The notes under the pieces were generated by a model that was not told where the DNA came from, made no database searches, and saw nothing but the letters and a program-made list of their open reading frames with translations. A program made the translations under genes and the position numbers. From positions 30,207 to 94,206 of the forward strand of contig NIVC01002979.1 of NCBI GenBank assembly GCA_002269645.1: a DNA stretch of 64,000 bases, written 5' to 3'. Below, piece after piece: positions 1 through 13,185 of the stretch; the stretch's first letter is position 1, and each line of letters starts with the position of its first letter. Origin of the DNA: Macrostomum lignano (lineage: Eukaryota).

Positions 1-680
1 TATCAGTACCGATTGTGCGTTTATCCATAACGATTGTGCATTTATCCATAACGATTGTGTGTTTATCCATAACGATTGTGCATTTATCCATAACGATTGT
101 GTGTTTATCCATAACGATTGTGTTTTTATCCATAACGATTGTGTGTTTATCCATAACGATTGTGTGCTTATCCATAACGATTGTGTGTTTATCCATAACG
201 ATTGTGTGTTTATCCATAACGATTGTGTGTTTATCAGTACCGATTGTGCGTTTATCCATAACGATTGTGCATTTATCCATAACGATTGTGTGTTTATCAA
301 TAACGATTGTGCGTTTGTCCTTAACGATTGTGTGTTTATCAGTACCGATTGTGTGCTTATCCATAACGAGTGTGTGTTTATCCATAACGAGTGTGTGTTT
401 ATCAGTACCGATTTTGTATTTATCAGTACCGATTGTGTGTTTATCCATAATGATTGTGTGTTTATCAGTACCGATTGTGCGTTTATCCATAACGATTGTG
501 CGTTTATCCATAACGATTGTGTGCTTATCAGTACCGATTGTGTGTTTATCCATAACGATTGTGTGTTTATCAGTACCGATTGTGTGTTTAACCATAACGA
601 TTGTGTGTTTATCAGTACCGATTGTGTGTTTAACCATAACGATTGTTTGCTTATCCATAACGAGTGTGTGCTTATTGCTC
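1..680. repeat. 21-bp minisatellite (TGTGTGTTTATCCATAACGAT variants), truncated at window start
   Basis: Unit visible throughout; ORFs 15..689 and 59..715 are just the repeated 7-aa translations. Confidence 0.95.
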
Positions 681-1069
681 GTAGTATAGATAGATTGTGC
701 GTTGATTCACAATGATTGTGTGATTATCAGCACTATTAGTTTGTTTACCAGTACCAACTGAGTGTTTATTGATACATCAATTCTGTGTTTATCAGTAGCT
801 GTTATCAGCACTTGAAATTATAGTCCGACCGACTCTACGAGCGTATGCAATGCTTTGAAAAAGAAGATTTAAACCAGATTAAGAATGAACCCGAGCCCAG
901 AATGCTACAACTGTGCGTCCCCGGATGTGCGAGCGAGTATCGAGGCTGTTCGGCTACTTTTTTCATTTTCGAACATTTCTAGGTAAGAAAACTTATTCAT
1001 AAGCCGCTTGTCAATTGCCGGATGAGACTCGAATAGAAATTATAGATGGCTTTTAACATTTTCTCTCAA

Positions 1070-1246
1070 TCATACAGACACGAATATCAGATATTTTTGG
1101 CTGATTTCCAATCGCGCAGTCCGTATCGTTCGGAAAGAAATTCCAGCCCGTACGCTATCCGGAAGCGTGCGCGGCGGATCAGAGGTGAGGCTTGGACAGT
1201 GCGACTCAACTAGATCGGGTGTGCGGCTTCTCTGTCTCTATGCAGG

Positions 1247-1333
<87 letters not shown>

Positions 1334-2099
1334 AAGAGAATAAGACAGGGTGAGAGTGAGACAGAGAGAGAGTGAGACAGGCAGAGTGTGAGACAGGCAA
1401 AGGGTGAGACAGGCAGAGGGTGAGACAGGGAGAGGGTGAGACAGGCAGAGAGTGAGATAGGCAGAGGGTGAGACAGGCAGAGGGTGGGACAGGGAGAGGG
1501 TGAGACAGGCAGAGGGTGAGACAGGCAGAGGGTGAGACAGGCAGAGGGTGAGACAGGCAGAGGGTGAGACAGGCAGAGGGTGAGACAGGCAGAGGGTGAG
1601 ACAGGCAGAGGGTGAGACAGGCAGAGGGTGAGACAGGCAGAGGGTGAGACAGGCAGAGGGTGAGACAGGCAGAGGGTGAGACAGGCAGAGGGTGAGACAG
1701 GCAGAGGGTGAGATAGGCAGAGGGTGGGACAGGGAGAGGGTGGGACAGGGAGAGGGTGAGACAGGCAGAGGGTGAGACAGGCAGAGGGTGAGACAGGCAG
1801 AGGGTGAGACAGGCAGAGGGTGAGATCTGAGATAAGCCATGCTATTCGCAGTCTCACTACAATCTGAGCACACATTGGAGAGCGCGCGGGTTCCTCTTCA
1901 TTGGTTTCTGGGCCGCACAGGGACTCCTGGTGAAGAGAATCAGATGAAGATCTGTGCCCGCTCTCGTCAGCATCAGGCTGCAGCTCGAGCAGTGGAGCGG
2001 CCATTCGGTTGGTCATTTTCCCCGCAACGCTCTGAAATCCCATCGCCGGCTCATTCAGCCTAAATGATCCCCCCAACCGTCTCATATTTCTGAGCGCGG
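1070..2099 (-). CDS. Candidate last two exons (2099-1858, 1237-1070) of an unidentified gene
   Basis: Strong pyrimidine tract+CAG before 2099, GTGAGA donor at 1857, (CT)n tract+TAG acceptor before 1237, phases compatible (ALRNMRRLGGSFRLNEP...CAQIV|RQRSRTPDLVESH...IFVSV*). No recognised homology; a plus-strand exon chain is also possible. Confidence 0.35.
1250..1329. repeat. (GA)n microsatellite
   Basis: About 40 GA units. Confidence 0.98.
1340..1825. repeat. 16-bp minisatellite (GAGACAGGCAGAGGGT)
   Basis: Tandem units directly visible. Confidence 0.95.
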
Positions 2100-2544
2100 C
2101 TGGCATGGGGGAAAATTGCAGAGAGGAAGGGAAGAACATATTTTTGTCCCCGGCGGCTGGTCTCTCCGGGCTCGCCTAGCAACACAATTCATCTATCTGC
2201 TGTAGGCGTGAGGATTAACCATAGTGCGAATTATCACTATCCCGGATACTCTCTCAGATCGTAAATCTGGGGGGGGGGGCGCAGCTCTAACGAATCCCCC
2301 GGCACTGCTAGCTGAGACCTGATGATGAGATGAGATGAATTGGATTTCTTGATTGAAAAAAAAGATGTTAACGATTTTCGAATGCTTCGATTAAAAAATT
2401 AGCATTGGATTAGAAGTGCAGATTAATTAGGGAAAGGTTGCACATGCAAGCTGCTTTCGGCATAGATTTTCGATATGGTTGACAAGGAGTTGGGATACGG
2501 CAAGACCGTTAGATAAAATGTGATTAAAATAGAGATAAAATCTC

Positions 2545-3290
2545 TCCATAAACAGTAAGATAAACTGTGAGATAAACGGTGAGAAAAACAGTGAGAAAAA
2601 CTGTGAGATAAACTGGGAGATGAACAGTGAGATAAAATGTTAGATAAACGGTTAGAAAAACAGTGAGATAAAATGTTAGATAAACGGTTAGAAAAACAGT
2701 GAGATAAAATGTTAGATAAACGGTGAGATAAACAGTGAGATAAAATGTTAGATAAACGGTGAGATAAAATGTTAGATAAACGGTGAGATAAACAGTGAGA
2801 TAAAATTCTAGATAAACGGTGAGATAAAATGTTAGAAAAACAGTGAGATAAAATGTTAGATAAACGGTTAGAAAAACAGTGAGATAAAATGTTAGATAAA
2901 CGGTTAGAAAAACAGTGAGATAAAATGTTAGATAAACGGTTAGAAAAACAGTGAGATAAAATGTTAGATAAACGGTGAGATAAACAGTGAGATAAAATGC
3001 TAGATAAACGGTGAGATAAAATGTTAGATAAACGGTTAGAAAAACAGTGAGATAAAATGTTAGATAAACGGTGAGATAAACAGTGAGATAAAATATTAGA
3101 TAAACGGTGAGATAAACAGTGAGATAAAATGTTAGATAAACGGTGAGATAAAATGTTAGATAAACGGTGAGATAAACGGTGAAATAAAATGTTAGATAAA
3201 CGGTGAGATAAACGGTGAGATAAAATGTTAGAAAAACGGTGAGATAGACAGTGAGATAAACTATGATACAGGCAGGGAGATAGAATGAGA
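2545..3290. repeat. AT-rich 12-bp-unit minisatellite (GAGATAAACGGT / GAGATAAAATGT / TAGATAAACGGT)
   Basis: Interleaved 12-mer variants; ORF 2524..3315 is an artefact. Confidence 0.95.
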
Positions 3291-4067
3291 CAAAAAGTGA
3301 CACAGTGAGTGACACAGACAGCTTAAGATAAAAGTTGTGAGATAAAACTGTTCTGAAACTTTACCTCATCTGTTTGCAGTTTTGCTATAGTGCGTCGCTT
3401 GATTCACGCTGCACCTGACAGCTTCAAGAAAAAAATAATAATTCTAGCGTATATTAATGCTCATCAATTCCCTCTATTCACTGCTCCTAGGTCGGCCGTC
3501 CTTCGCATGGGGACATGCCAAAAATTGGAATATGGAGCTATTTTGAGAAGCCGGTGACATGAATGGTAATAAACCTGTCAGCGGGTGACTGGAGGAGAGA
3601 GGAGCCACTTCGAGCCAAGGAGGACTAAGTCAAAATCTGGATCGGAGTGAAAACGTCCAGAAAAAATCTGGATCGGAGTGAAAGCGGCATTTAATTTTAA
3701 ATCGTCAGGAGGTCGATTGTAGTTGATCCTTGACCAGAGTTCCCTGCTCATTCAGTCTTGAAATAAGACAGAAGAGTAAGAAAATATGATGATGATTCTG
3801 GGGAGAAACCGGGACACACTCCAGTTGCTGCTTCAAGAGTCTCCATGGTTGAGGCTGGAAGGGAGGCAGCTGTCAAAGCGGATGTTGACTTGAAGGAAAA
3901 GATTTTTCAGGTGGGATTTAGAGGGAAATAATAAGTTGGGGCGCACTGTCTGGTAGCGCATCGAAGCGTGGAGGAGCGAAACGGTCATTTTGGAAGATGC
4001 AACTCGACCAATAGCCGGATTTTTTCGGATTCTTCTTTTTCGGAGGTATAAATGAGTCGAGTTTTAG

Positions 4068-4680
4068 CACCAAGGGGTGAACATGCACCAAGGGGTGAAC
4101 ATACACCAAGGGGTGAACATGCACCAAGGTGTGAACATGCACCAAGGTGTGAACATGCACCAAGGGGTGAACATACACCAAGGGGTGAACATGCACCAAG
4201 GTGTGAACATGCACCAAGGTGTGAACATGCACCAAGGTGTGAACATGCACCAAGGTGTGTGAAGAATCGCAAAGGTGTGAACAAGAGCCAAGGTGTGTGA
4301 AGAAGTGCCAAGGTGTATGAAGAATCGCAAAGGTCTGTGAATAAGCGCCAATGTGTGTGAACAAGCGCCAAGTTGAGAAAAAGCGCCAAGGTGTGAACAG
4401 GCGCCAAGGTGTGTGAACAAGCGCCAAGGTGTATGAAAAAGCGTCAAGGTGTGTGAAGAGGCGCCAAGGTTAGAACAAGCACCAAGGTGTGTGAACAAGA
4501 GCCAAGGTGTGAACAAGCACCAAGGTGTGTGAACAAGCACCAAGGTGTGTGAACAAGAGCCAAGGTGTGTGAACAAGCACCAAGGTGTGTGAACAAGCAC
4601 CAAGGTGTGTGAACAAGAGCCAAGGTGTGTGAACAAGCGCCAAGGCGTGAACAAGCGCCAAGGTGTGTGAACAAGCGCAG
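4068..4680. repeat. 18-20-bp minisatellite (GCACCAAGGTGTGAACAT, drifting to GCACCAAGGTGTGTGAACAA)
   Basis: Tandem units; unit sequence changes along the array. Confidence 0.95.
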
Positions 4681-5508
4681 AGTTTAATCACTAAGCGCAC
4701 TGAAGTGTAAGTTTATTGTGACATTTAGTCAAGGCGCGGATTCTTAGAAAAAGGCAATAGCTGAGCACTTTAAGCACCCTCTAAATACAGGCTGCTAATT
4801 CCAGCGCTTCCTTGTTAAGCTAAGCTATTTTACTTTCATTTTCTAGTTTCTTTTCTAAATACTTCGCGGAAAAAGAAAAATTGCTATTGGATTGGAACTT
4901 CCTCGTGGATTAGGCTGCTTTTTTTCTAGGTCGGGATTCAGGCTTGTCTTATGGTTTGAAAAATGCAAGAGGCGGGGCGAAGCCTTGAGAAAGAAGTACG
5001 AGAGCTTTACCAGCTGGGCGATAATCCAGCAGGAAGTGTCTGAGCAGTGATTGGAATCTGCCACGATACCCGCTGGGACTCTCTGTTTTCTTGCCTGAAT
5101 AGAAAGATTGATGGATAGAATGATAAACCTGTCAATCAATGACCAATCCACTTCTCAGAGATCTGCTCTCTGAAGTTTCTGCTTGTTAAACTGATTTTGC
5201 TATTTAACTGGGGCTGGGAAGGCTGAGCGTAATACTCTAAGCTGAGTTGATGGACCGACAGCTGGGCGGATGTTGCCCAGAGAAGCGTCTAATGCAGTTT
5301 GTGTTTATTTTACTAGAGCTGAGGGGAAGATTGGAGGAAATTGCGGCGGTCATTTCTAAAAAAGTTATGGTTATTCAACTATTAACTTTAAGTTGGAGTT
5401 GTGCACTTTTGGAGGCTGAGGGGATTGCACCGGGTGCGTGAGGGTAAGGCGTGCCGATGCTGGGTAAGATGAGGACTTGAAGAAATTGATTGGATTGAAG
5501 CGGATGAA

Positions 5509-6897
5509 GTGTGTGTGGTGTCCGTAGCTGAAGTGTGTGGGGTGTCCGTGGCTGAAGTGTGTGGGGTGTCCGTAGCTGAAGTGTGTGGGGTGTCCGTAGC
5601 TGAAGTGTGTGGGGTGTCCGTAGCTGAAGTGTGTGGGGTGTCCGTAGCTGAAGTATGTGGGGTGTCCGTAGCTGAAGTGTGTGGGGTGTCCGTAGCTGAA
5701 GTGTGTGGGGTGTCCGTAGCTGAAGTGTGTGGGGTGTCCGTAGCTGAAGTATGTGGGGTGTCCGTAGCTGAAGTGTGTGGGGTGTCCGTGGCTGAAGTGT
5801 GTGGGGTGTCCGTAGCTGAAGTGTGTGGGGTGTCCGTAGCTGAAGTGTGTGGGGTGTCCGTGGCTGAAGTGTGTGGGGTGTCCGTAGCTGAAGTGTGTGG
5901 GGTGTCCGTAGCTGAAGTGTGTGGGGTGTCCGTAGCTGAAGTGTGTGGGGTGTCCGTAGCTGAAGTGTGTGGGGTGTCCGTAGCTGAAGTGTGTGGGGTG
6001 TCCGTAGCTGAAGTATGTGGGGTGTCCGTAGCTGAAGTGTGTGGGGTGTCCGTAGCTGAAGTGTGTGGGGTGTCCGTAGCTGAAGTGTGTGGGGTGTCCG
6101 TAGCTGAAGTATGTGGGGTGTCCGTAGCTGAAGTGTGTGGGTCGTCCGTGGCTGAAGTGTGTGAGGTGTCCGTAGCTGAAGTGTGTGGGGTGTCCGTGGC
6201 TGAAGTGTGTGGGGTGTCCGTAGCTGAAGTGTGTGGGGTGTCCGTAGCTGAAGTGTGTGGGGTGTCCGTAGCTGAAGTGTGTGGGGTGTCCGTAGCTGAA
6301 GTGTGTGGGGTGTCCGTAGCTGAAGTATGTGGGGTGTCCGTAGCTGAAGTGTGTGGGGTGTCCGTAGCTGAAGTGTGTGGGGTGTCCGTAGCTGAAGTAT
6401 GTGGGGTGTCCGTAGCTGAAGTATGTGGGGTGTCCGTAGCTGAAGTGTGTGGGGTGTCCGTGGCTGAAGTGTGTGGGGTGTCCGTAGCTGAAGTGTGTGG
6501 GGTGTCCGTGGCTGAAGTGTGTGGGGTGTCCGTGGCTGAAGTGTGTGGGGTGTCCGTAGCTGAAGTGTGTGGGGTGTCCGTAGCTGAAGTGTGTGGGGTG
6601 TCCGTAGCTGAAGTGTGTGGGGTGTCCGTAGCTGAAGTGTGTGGGGTGTCCGTAGCTGAAGTGTGTGGGGTGTCCGTAGCTGAAGTATGTGGGGTGTCCG
6701 TAGCTGAAGTGTGTGGGGTGTCCGTAGCTGAAGTGTGTGGGGTGTCCGTAGCTGAAGTGTGTGGGGTGTCCGTAGCTGAAGTATGTGGGGTGTCCGTAGC
6801 TGAAGTGTGTGGGTCGTCCGTGGCTGAAGTGTGTGAGGTGTCCGTAGCTGAAGTGTGTGGGGTGTCCGTGGCTGACGTGTGGGGTGTCCGTAGCTGA
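5509..6897. repeat. 24-bp minisatellite (GTGTGTGGGGTGTCCGTAGCTGAA), about 57 copies
   Basis: Near-perfect units; a diagnostic variant pair recurs at 6141 and 6813 (672 bp = 28 units). Confidence 0.97.
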
Positions 6898-9243
6898 AGT
6901 GTGGGGTTTTCGTAGATGAAGTGTGGGGTGTCCGCAGCTGAAGATTGGGGTGTCCGTAGATAAGGTGTGGCCGGGTGTCCGTAGATGAAGTGTGGGGTGT
7001 CCGCAGTTGAAGATTGGGGTGTCCGTAGATAAGGTGTGGGGTGTCCGCAGTTGAAGATTGGGGTGTCCGTAGATAAGGTGTGGCCAGGTGTCCGTTGATG
7101 AGGTGTGGGGTGTCCGTAGATGAGGTGTGGAGTGTCCGTAGCTGACGTGTGGGGTGTCCGTAGATGAGGTGTGGGTGTCCGTAGATGAGGTGTGGAGTGT
7201 CCGTAGCTGACGTGTGGGGAGTCCGTAGATGAGGTGTGGGGTGTCCGTAAATGTGATGTGGGGTGTCCGTAGATAAGGTGTTGGGTGTCCGTAGATGAGG
7301 TGTGGGGTGTCCGTAGCTGACGTGTGGGGTGTCCGTAGATGAGGTGTGGGGTGTCCGTAAATGTGATGTGGGGTGTCCGTAGATGAGGTGTGGGGTGTCC
7401 GTAGATGAGGTGTGGGGTGTCCGTAGATGAGGTGTGGGGTGTCCGTAAATGTGATGTGGGGTGTCCGTAGATAAGGTGTTGGGTGTCCGTAGATGAGGTG
7501 TGGGGTGTCCGTAGCTGACGTGTGGGGTGTCCGTAGATGAGGTGTGGGGTGTCCGTAAATGTGATGTGGGGTGTCCGTAGATGAGGTGTGGGGTGTCCGT
7601 AGATGAGGTGTGGGGTGTCCGTAGATGAGGTGTGGGGTTTTCGTAGATGAAGTGTGGAGTGTCCGCAGCTGAAGATTGGGGTGTCCGTAGATAAGGTGTG
7701 GCCGGGTGTCCGTAGATGAAGTGTGGGGTGTCCGCAGTTGAAGATTGGGGTGTCCGTAGATAAGGTGTGGGGTGTCCGCAGTTGAAGATTGGGGTGTCCG
7801 TAGATAAGGTGTGGCCAGGTGTCCGTTGATGAGGTGTGGGGTGTCCGTAGATGAGGTGTGGAGTGTCCGTAGCTGACGTGTGGGGTGTCCGTAGATGAGG
7901 TGTGGGTGTCCGTAGATGAGGTGTGGAGTGTCCGTAGCTGACGTGTGGGGTGTCCGTAGATGAGGTGTGGGGTGTCCGTAAATGTGATGTGGGGTGTCCG
8001 TAGATAAGGTGTTGGGTGTCCGTAGATGAGGTGTGGGGTGTCCGTAGCTGACGTGTGGGGTGTCCGTAGATGAGGTGTGGGGTGTCCGTAAATGTGATGT
8101 GGGGTGTCCGTAGATGAGGTGTGGGGTGTCCGTAGATGAGGTGTGGGGTGTCCGTAGATGAGGTGTGGGGTGTCCGTAAATGTGATGTGGGGTGTCCGTA
8201 GATAAGGTGTTGGGTGTCCGTAGATGAGGTGTGGGGTGTCCGTAGCTGACGTGTGGGGTGTCCGTAGATGAGGTGTGGGGTGTCCGTAAATGTGATGTGG
8301 GGTGTCCGTAGATGAGGTGTGGGGTGTCCGTAGATGAGGTGTGGGGTGTCCGTAGATGAGGTGTGGGGTTTTCGTAGATGAAGTGTGGAGTGTCCGCAGC
8401 TGAAGATTGGGGTGTCCGTAGATAAGGTGTGGCCGGGTGTCCGTAGATGAAGTGTGGGGTGTCCGCAGAGATTGGGGTGTCCGTAGATAAGGTGTGGGGT
8501 GTCCGCAGTTGAAGATTGGGGTGTCCGTAGATAAGATGTGGCCGGGTGTCCCTAGATGAGGTATGGGGTGTCCGTAGCTGACGTGTGGGGTGTCCGTAGA
8601 TGAGGTGTGGGGTGTCCGTAGATGAGGTGTGGGGTGTCCGTAGATGAGGTGTGGAGTGTCCGTAGCTGACGTGTGGGGTGTCCGTAGATGAGGTGTGGGG
8701 TGTCCGTAGATGAGGTGTGGGGTGTCCGTAGATGAGGTGTGGGGTGTCCGTAGATAAGGTGTGGGGTGTCCGTAGATGAGGTGTGGGGTGTCCGTAGATG
8801 AGGTGTGGAGTGTCCGTAGCTGACGTGTGGGGTGTCCGTAGATGAGGTGTGGGGTGTCCGTAGATGAGGTGTGGGGTGTCCGTAGATGAGGTGTGGGGTG
8901 TCCGTAGATAAGGTGTGGGGTGTCCGTAGATGAGGTGTGGGGTGTCCGTAGATGAGGTGTGAGGTGTCCGTAGATGAGGTGTGGGGTGTCCGTAGATGAG
9001 GTGTGGGGTGTCCGTAGATGAGGTGTGGGGTGTCCGTAGATGAGGTGTGAGGTGTCCGTAGATGAGGTGTGGGGTGTCCGTAGATGAGGTGTGGGGTGTC
9101 CGTAGATGAGGTGTGGGGTGTCCGTAGATGAGGTGTGGAGTGTCCGTAGATGAGGTGTGGGGTGTCCGTAGATGAGGTGTGGGGTGTCCGTAGATGAGGT
9201 GTGGGGTGTCCGTAGATGAGGTGTGGGGTGTACGTAGATGAGG
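6898..9243. repeat. 22-bp minisatellite (GTCCGTAGATGAGGTGTGGGGT) with 731-bp higher-order repeat
   Basis: Marker GGGGTTTTCGTAGATGAAG at 6903, 7634, 8365 (period 731); the 1290- and 1317-aa ORFs are repeat artefacts. Confidence 0.95.
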
Positions 9244-9829
9244 GCTGATGGCCAACCCAAGGCACAGATCGAGAGTGTACATGCCTGATGAATAAAAAGC
9301 CAGAGCCGCTGTGAGGGTGTGCATGAGTCCGTGCCTGCGAACAGTATTGGCTCAAGAGCGGAACGAACAGAATTGCCTACAGCATTGGTAGTAAGACGAT
9401 TTCACCCGAAGGCGAATCAATATTATAATACCAAAGTACAAATCTGGGGCCACCTGAGCCTTGTAAATAAGGCATGTAAAAACTCTACCTTGAATAACAA
9501 GGCTGAATCACGAAAGCAAAGTTAGCATTGCCTATTCAGGGAATTAGAAGAAAAAAATTCCCAACTAAAATAAGCCTATTTTTACTAGGAATAATTCCAG
9601 GCTAGTTCACAGTGAGCACGAAATCATGACCGACTTGCATTTAACAGTCGTCTGTAATCCGATTACCACTCAATCGAGAATCAACATTGGGGATGGGGTG
9701 GGGCAAGATATTGTCACAATTCCCTAATCGTGTTCCCGTAGTTAGTGTGCTGTTAGGCGAAGCATGGCTAAAACAGTCCAACGAATCAAATGATCGTAAG
9801 GGCTCCAGAACAAATTATTGATTAACAAA

Positions 9830-11125
9830 ATGACCGATTGAGTACCAAAATGACCAATTGATTACCAAAATGATCGACTGATTACCAAAATGATTAATTG
9901 ATTACCAAAATGACCAGGTGAGTACCCAAATGACCAACTGATTACCAAAATGACCAACTGAGTACCAAAATGACCAGGTGAGTACCCAAATGACCAACTG
10001 ATTACCAAAATGACCAACTGAGTACCAAAATGACCAACTGATTACCAAAATGACCAACTGAGTACCAAAATGACCAACTGAGTACCAAAATGACCAACTG
10101 AGTACCAAAATGACCAACTGATTACCAAAATGACCAACTGAGTATCAAAATGACCAACTGAATATCAAAATGACCAACTGATTACCAAAATGACCAACTG
10201 AGTACCAAAATGACCAACTGATTACCAAAATGACCAACTGAATATCAAAATGACCAACTGATTACCAAAATGACCAACTGAGTACCAAAATGACCAACTG
10301 ATTACCAAAATGACCAACTGATTACAAAAATGACCAACTGAGTATCAAAATGACCAACTGAGTATCAAAATGACCAACTGAGTATCAAAATGACCAACTG
10401 AGTACCAAAATGACCAGGTGAGTACCCAAATGACCCACTGATTACCAAAATGACCAACTGATTACCAAAATGACCAACTGATTACCAAAATGACCAACTG
10501 AGTACCAAAATGACCAACTGAGTACCAAAATGACCAACTGATTACCAAAATGACCAACTGATTACCAAAATGACCAACTGAGTACCAAAATGACCAACTG
10601 AATATCAAAATGACCAACTGATTACCAAAATGACTAACTGATTACCAAAATGACCAACTGAGTATCAAAATGACCAACTGAGTATCAAAATGACCAACTG
10701 AGTACCAAAATGACCAGGTGAGTACCCAAATGACCAACTGATTACCAAAATGACCAACTGATTACCAAAATGACCAACTGATTACCAAAATGACCAACTG
10801 AGTACCAAAATGACCAACTGAGTACCAAAATGACCAACTGAATATCAAAATGACCAACTGAGTACCAAAATGACCAACTGATTACCAAAATGACCAACTG
10901 AATATCAAAATGACCAACTGATTACCAAAATGACCAACTGAGTATCAAAATGACCAACTGAGTATCAAAATGACCAACTGAGTATCAAAATGACCAACTG
11001 AGTACCAAAATGACCAACTGAGTACCAAAATGACCAACTGATTACCAAAATTACCAACTGAATATCAAAATGACCAACTGAGTACCAAAATGACCAACTG
11101 ATTACCAAAATGACCAACTAATTAC
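9830..11125. repeat. 20-bp minisatellite (CCAAAATGACCAACTGAGTA/ATTA)
   Basis: About 65 tandem units. Confidence 0.97.
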
Positions 11126-11133
11126 CTAAACGT

Positions 11134-11462
11134 CTCAGTGGGATGTCAGGAGAGTCTCAGTGGGATGTCAGGAGAGTCTCAGTGGGATGTCAGGAGAGTC
11201 TCAGTGGGATGTCAGGAGAGTCTCAGTGGGATGTCAGGAGAGTCTCAGTGGGATGTCAGGAGAGTCTCAGTGGGATGTCAGGAGAGTCTCAGTGGGATGT
11301 TAGTAGAGTCTCCGGGAGATGTCAGTAGAGTCTCCTGGGGATGTCAGTAGAGTCTCCGGGAGATGTCAGTAGAGTCTCCGGGAGATGTCAGTAGAGTCTC
11401 CTGGGGATGTAAGTAGAGTCTCCGGGAGATGTCAGTAGAGTCTCAGTGGGGTATCAGTAGAG
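11134..11462. repeat. 22-bp minisatellite (AGTCTCAGTGGGATGTCAGGAG) abutting the previous array
   Basis: Tandem units, variant class switches at about 11300. Confidence 0.95.
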
Positions 11463-11909
11463 TCAGTCAGATTTTCAACTCGATTGAGTGAAGGTCAGTA
11501 AAATGCCAGTTCGCTACTTGGCGAATGTCGGACATTCCTTCCCTGCCAAATCAATACAGTGGTTCCCATGCGGAGCAGTTAATAAACTTAATAACCTTTC
11601 CGAGACCAGAGAGACCAGGCAGCTGGGGTCCTGCTAATGAACTGCGGGAAAAAATTGCCAATAAAAAGTCCAAACTCGGTAGACAGATGAAAACTATGAG
11701 CGTATGAGCTAAACTTCTTGAAGGCCGCCCCAATTGCTGTTGCTTTCTTTCTGCTTTCAATCAGCTCTGCACTTTCTATAGAGCCCTGGCTGTCTTGCCC
11801 CCGGCTCTGTATCTCTTCTGCCCGCATCTCCCCCTGCTTTAGCCTCTCTTCATTTGTGGCGGCTCCGGCGCGACCGAAAAAAACCGATCGATCAATCAAT
11901 TCAATTCAC

Positions 11910-11985
11910 CTTCGGTTGCTAATAAAGTGCCGTTGTTGCTGTCTGTTGCTTGGAGCACGAGCTGGTCAGGGACCCTTTTTTATAA
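11910..11985 (-). promoter_or_regulatory. Possible TATA box (TATAAAA, 11984-11978) followed by a short non-coding first exon ending at a GAAG|GTGAAT donor (11910/11909)
   Basis: Motif spacing only; downstream TTTTTTCCCGCAG acceptor at about 11640; no protein recognised. Confidence 0.3.
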
Positions 11986-12032
11986 CCTGGACTGCGCATC
12001 TGCGAGTAGGCTTATTCTGTATTGATTTCAAA

Positions 12033-12388
12033 TGCTGGCGCCCCCGGTGCTGGCGCCCCCGGTGCTGGCGCCCCCGGTGCTGGCGCCCCCGGTGCTGGCG
12101 CCCCCGGTGCTGGCGCCCCCGGTGCTGGCGCCCCCGGTGCTGGCGCCCCCGGTGCTGGCGCCCCCGGTGCTGGCGCCCCCGGTGCTGGCGCCCCCGGTGC
12201 TGGCGCCCCCGGTGCTGGCGCCCCCGGTGCTGGCGCCCCCGGTGCTGGCGCCCCCGGTGCTGGCGCCCCCGGTGCTGGCGCCCCCGGTGCTGGCGCCCCC
12301 GGTGCTGGCGCCCCCGGTGCTGGCGCCCCCGGTGCTGGCGCCCCCGGTGCTGGCGCCCCCGGTGCTGGCGCCCCCGGTGCTGGCGCCC
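12033..12388. repeat. Perfect 15-bp GC-rich tandem repeat (TGCTGGCGCCCCCGG) x23 plus partial unit
   Basis: No variant unit seen; 13/15 GC. Confidence 0.98.
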
Positions 12389-12791
12389 AAAAACTTTAGC
12401 TACGCCCTATTCCAATCTGGGCACGCGGAGGTCCCTAGCCCAGTGGAATCAATAGTGCCATGGCACTTGAGACACTTGCCTTATTAGGAGCTGCATGTGT
12501 TCACTTACATTCAATCGGGTCATTATCGTATTTTCATCGGCTGCTCGCCGGAGAAGTGTGTGGCTGATGATATTACTGACTGACAGAGTGGGCGGGGGGA
12601 GAGAGAGATGGAGTGAGACAGCCGCAAAGCAAGTTGTTGGTTGTACAGCGAGTCAGAGTGGAGCAAATTCACCAGAATGCGAGCGATTGATTCAAGATGG
12701 ATAATCGACAGGGTTGATTGGCCTGCTCTGGGGTGCTGCGCCCCAAATTATCTGCGATCTCGATGCTGGTCTAAACAGGGCCAGATTGAAA

Positions 12792-13185
12792 GTGAGTGAG
12801 TGAGTGAGTGAGTGAGTGAGTGAGTGAGTGAGTGAGTGAGTGAGTGAGTGAGTGAGTGAGTGAGTGAGTGAGTGAGTGAGTGAGTGAGTGAGTGAGTGAG
12901 TGAGTGAGTGAGTGAGTGAGTGAGTGAGTGAGTGAGTGAGTGAGTGAGTGAGTGAGTGAGCGAGCGAGTGAGTGAGTGAGTGAGTGAGTGAGTGAGTGAG
13001 TGAGTGAGTGAGTGAGTGAGTGAGTGAGTGAGTGAGTGAGTGAGTGAGTGAGTGAGTGAGTGAGTGAGTGAGTGAGTGAGTGAGTGAGTGAGTGAGTGAG
13101 TGAGTGAGTGAGTGAGTGAGTGAGTGAGCGAGCGAGCGAGTGAGTGAGTGAGTGAGTGAGTGAGTGACTGAGTGAGTGAGTGAGT
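12792..13185. repeat. (GAGT)n microsatellite with few GAGC interruptions
   Basis: About 98 units. Confidence 0.98.

Noticed and set aside
3500-5400. Scattered possible exons (e.g. KYDDDSGEKPGH...KEKIFQ, SGFRLVLWFEKCKRRG..., ELRGRLEEIAAVISKK)
   Set aside because: Could not be chained with consistent phases or matched to a known protein
5371-9355. 1317-aa, 1290-aa and 462-aa ORFs
   Set aside because: Entirely translations of 22/24-bp tandem units, open in several frames on both strands; no flanking gene structure
11588-11899. 103-aa minus-strand ORF (EERLKQGEMRAEEIQ...)
   Set aside because: No ATG start, overlaps a likely intron after the 11909 donor, no homology recognised; left unresolved
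12022-12487. GAGAP / LAPPV / GGAST / CWRPR repeat proteins (elastin- or silk-like)
   Set aside because: A 15-bp stop-free unit is open in all frames; no signal peptide or splice support
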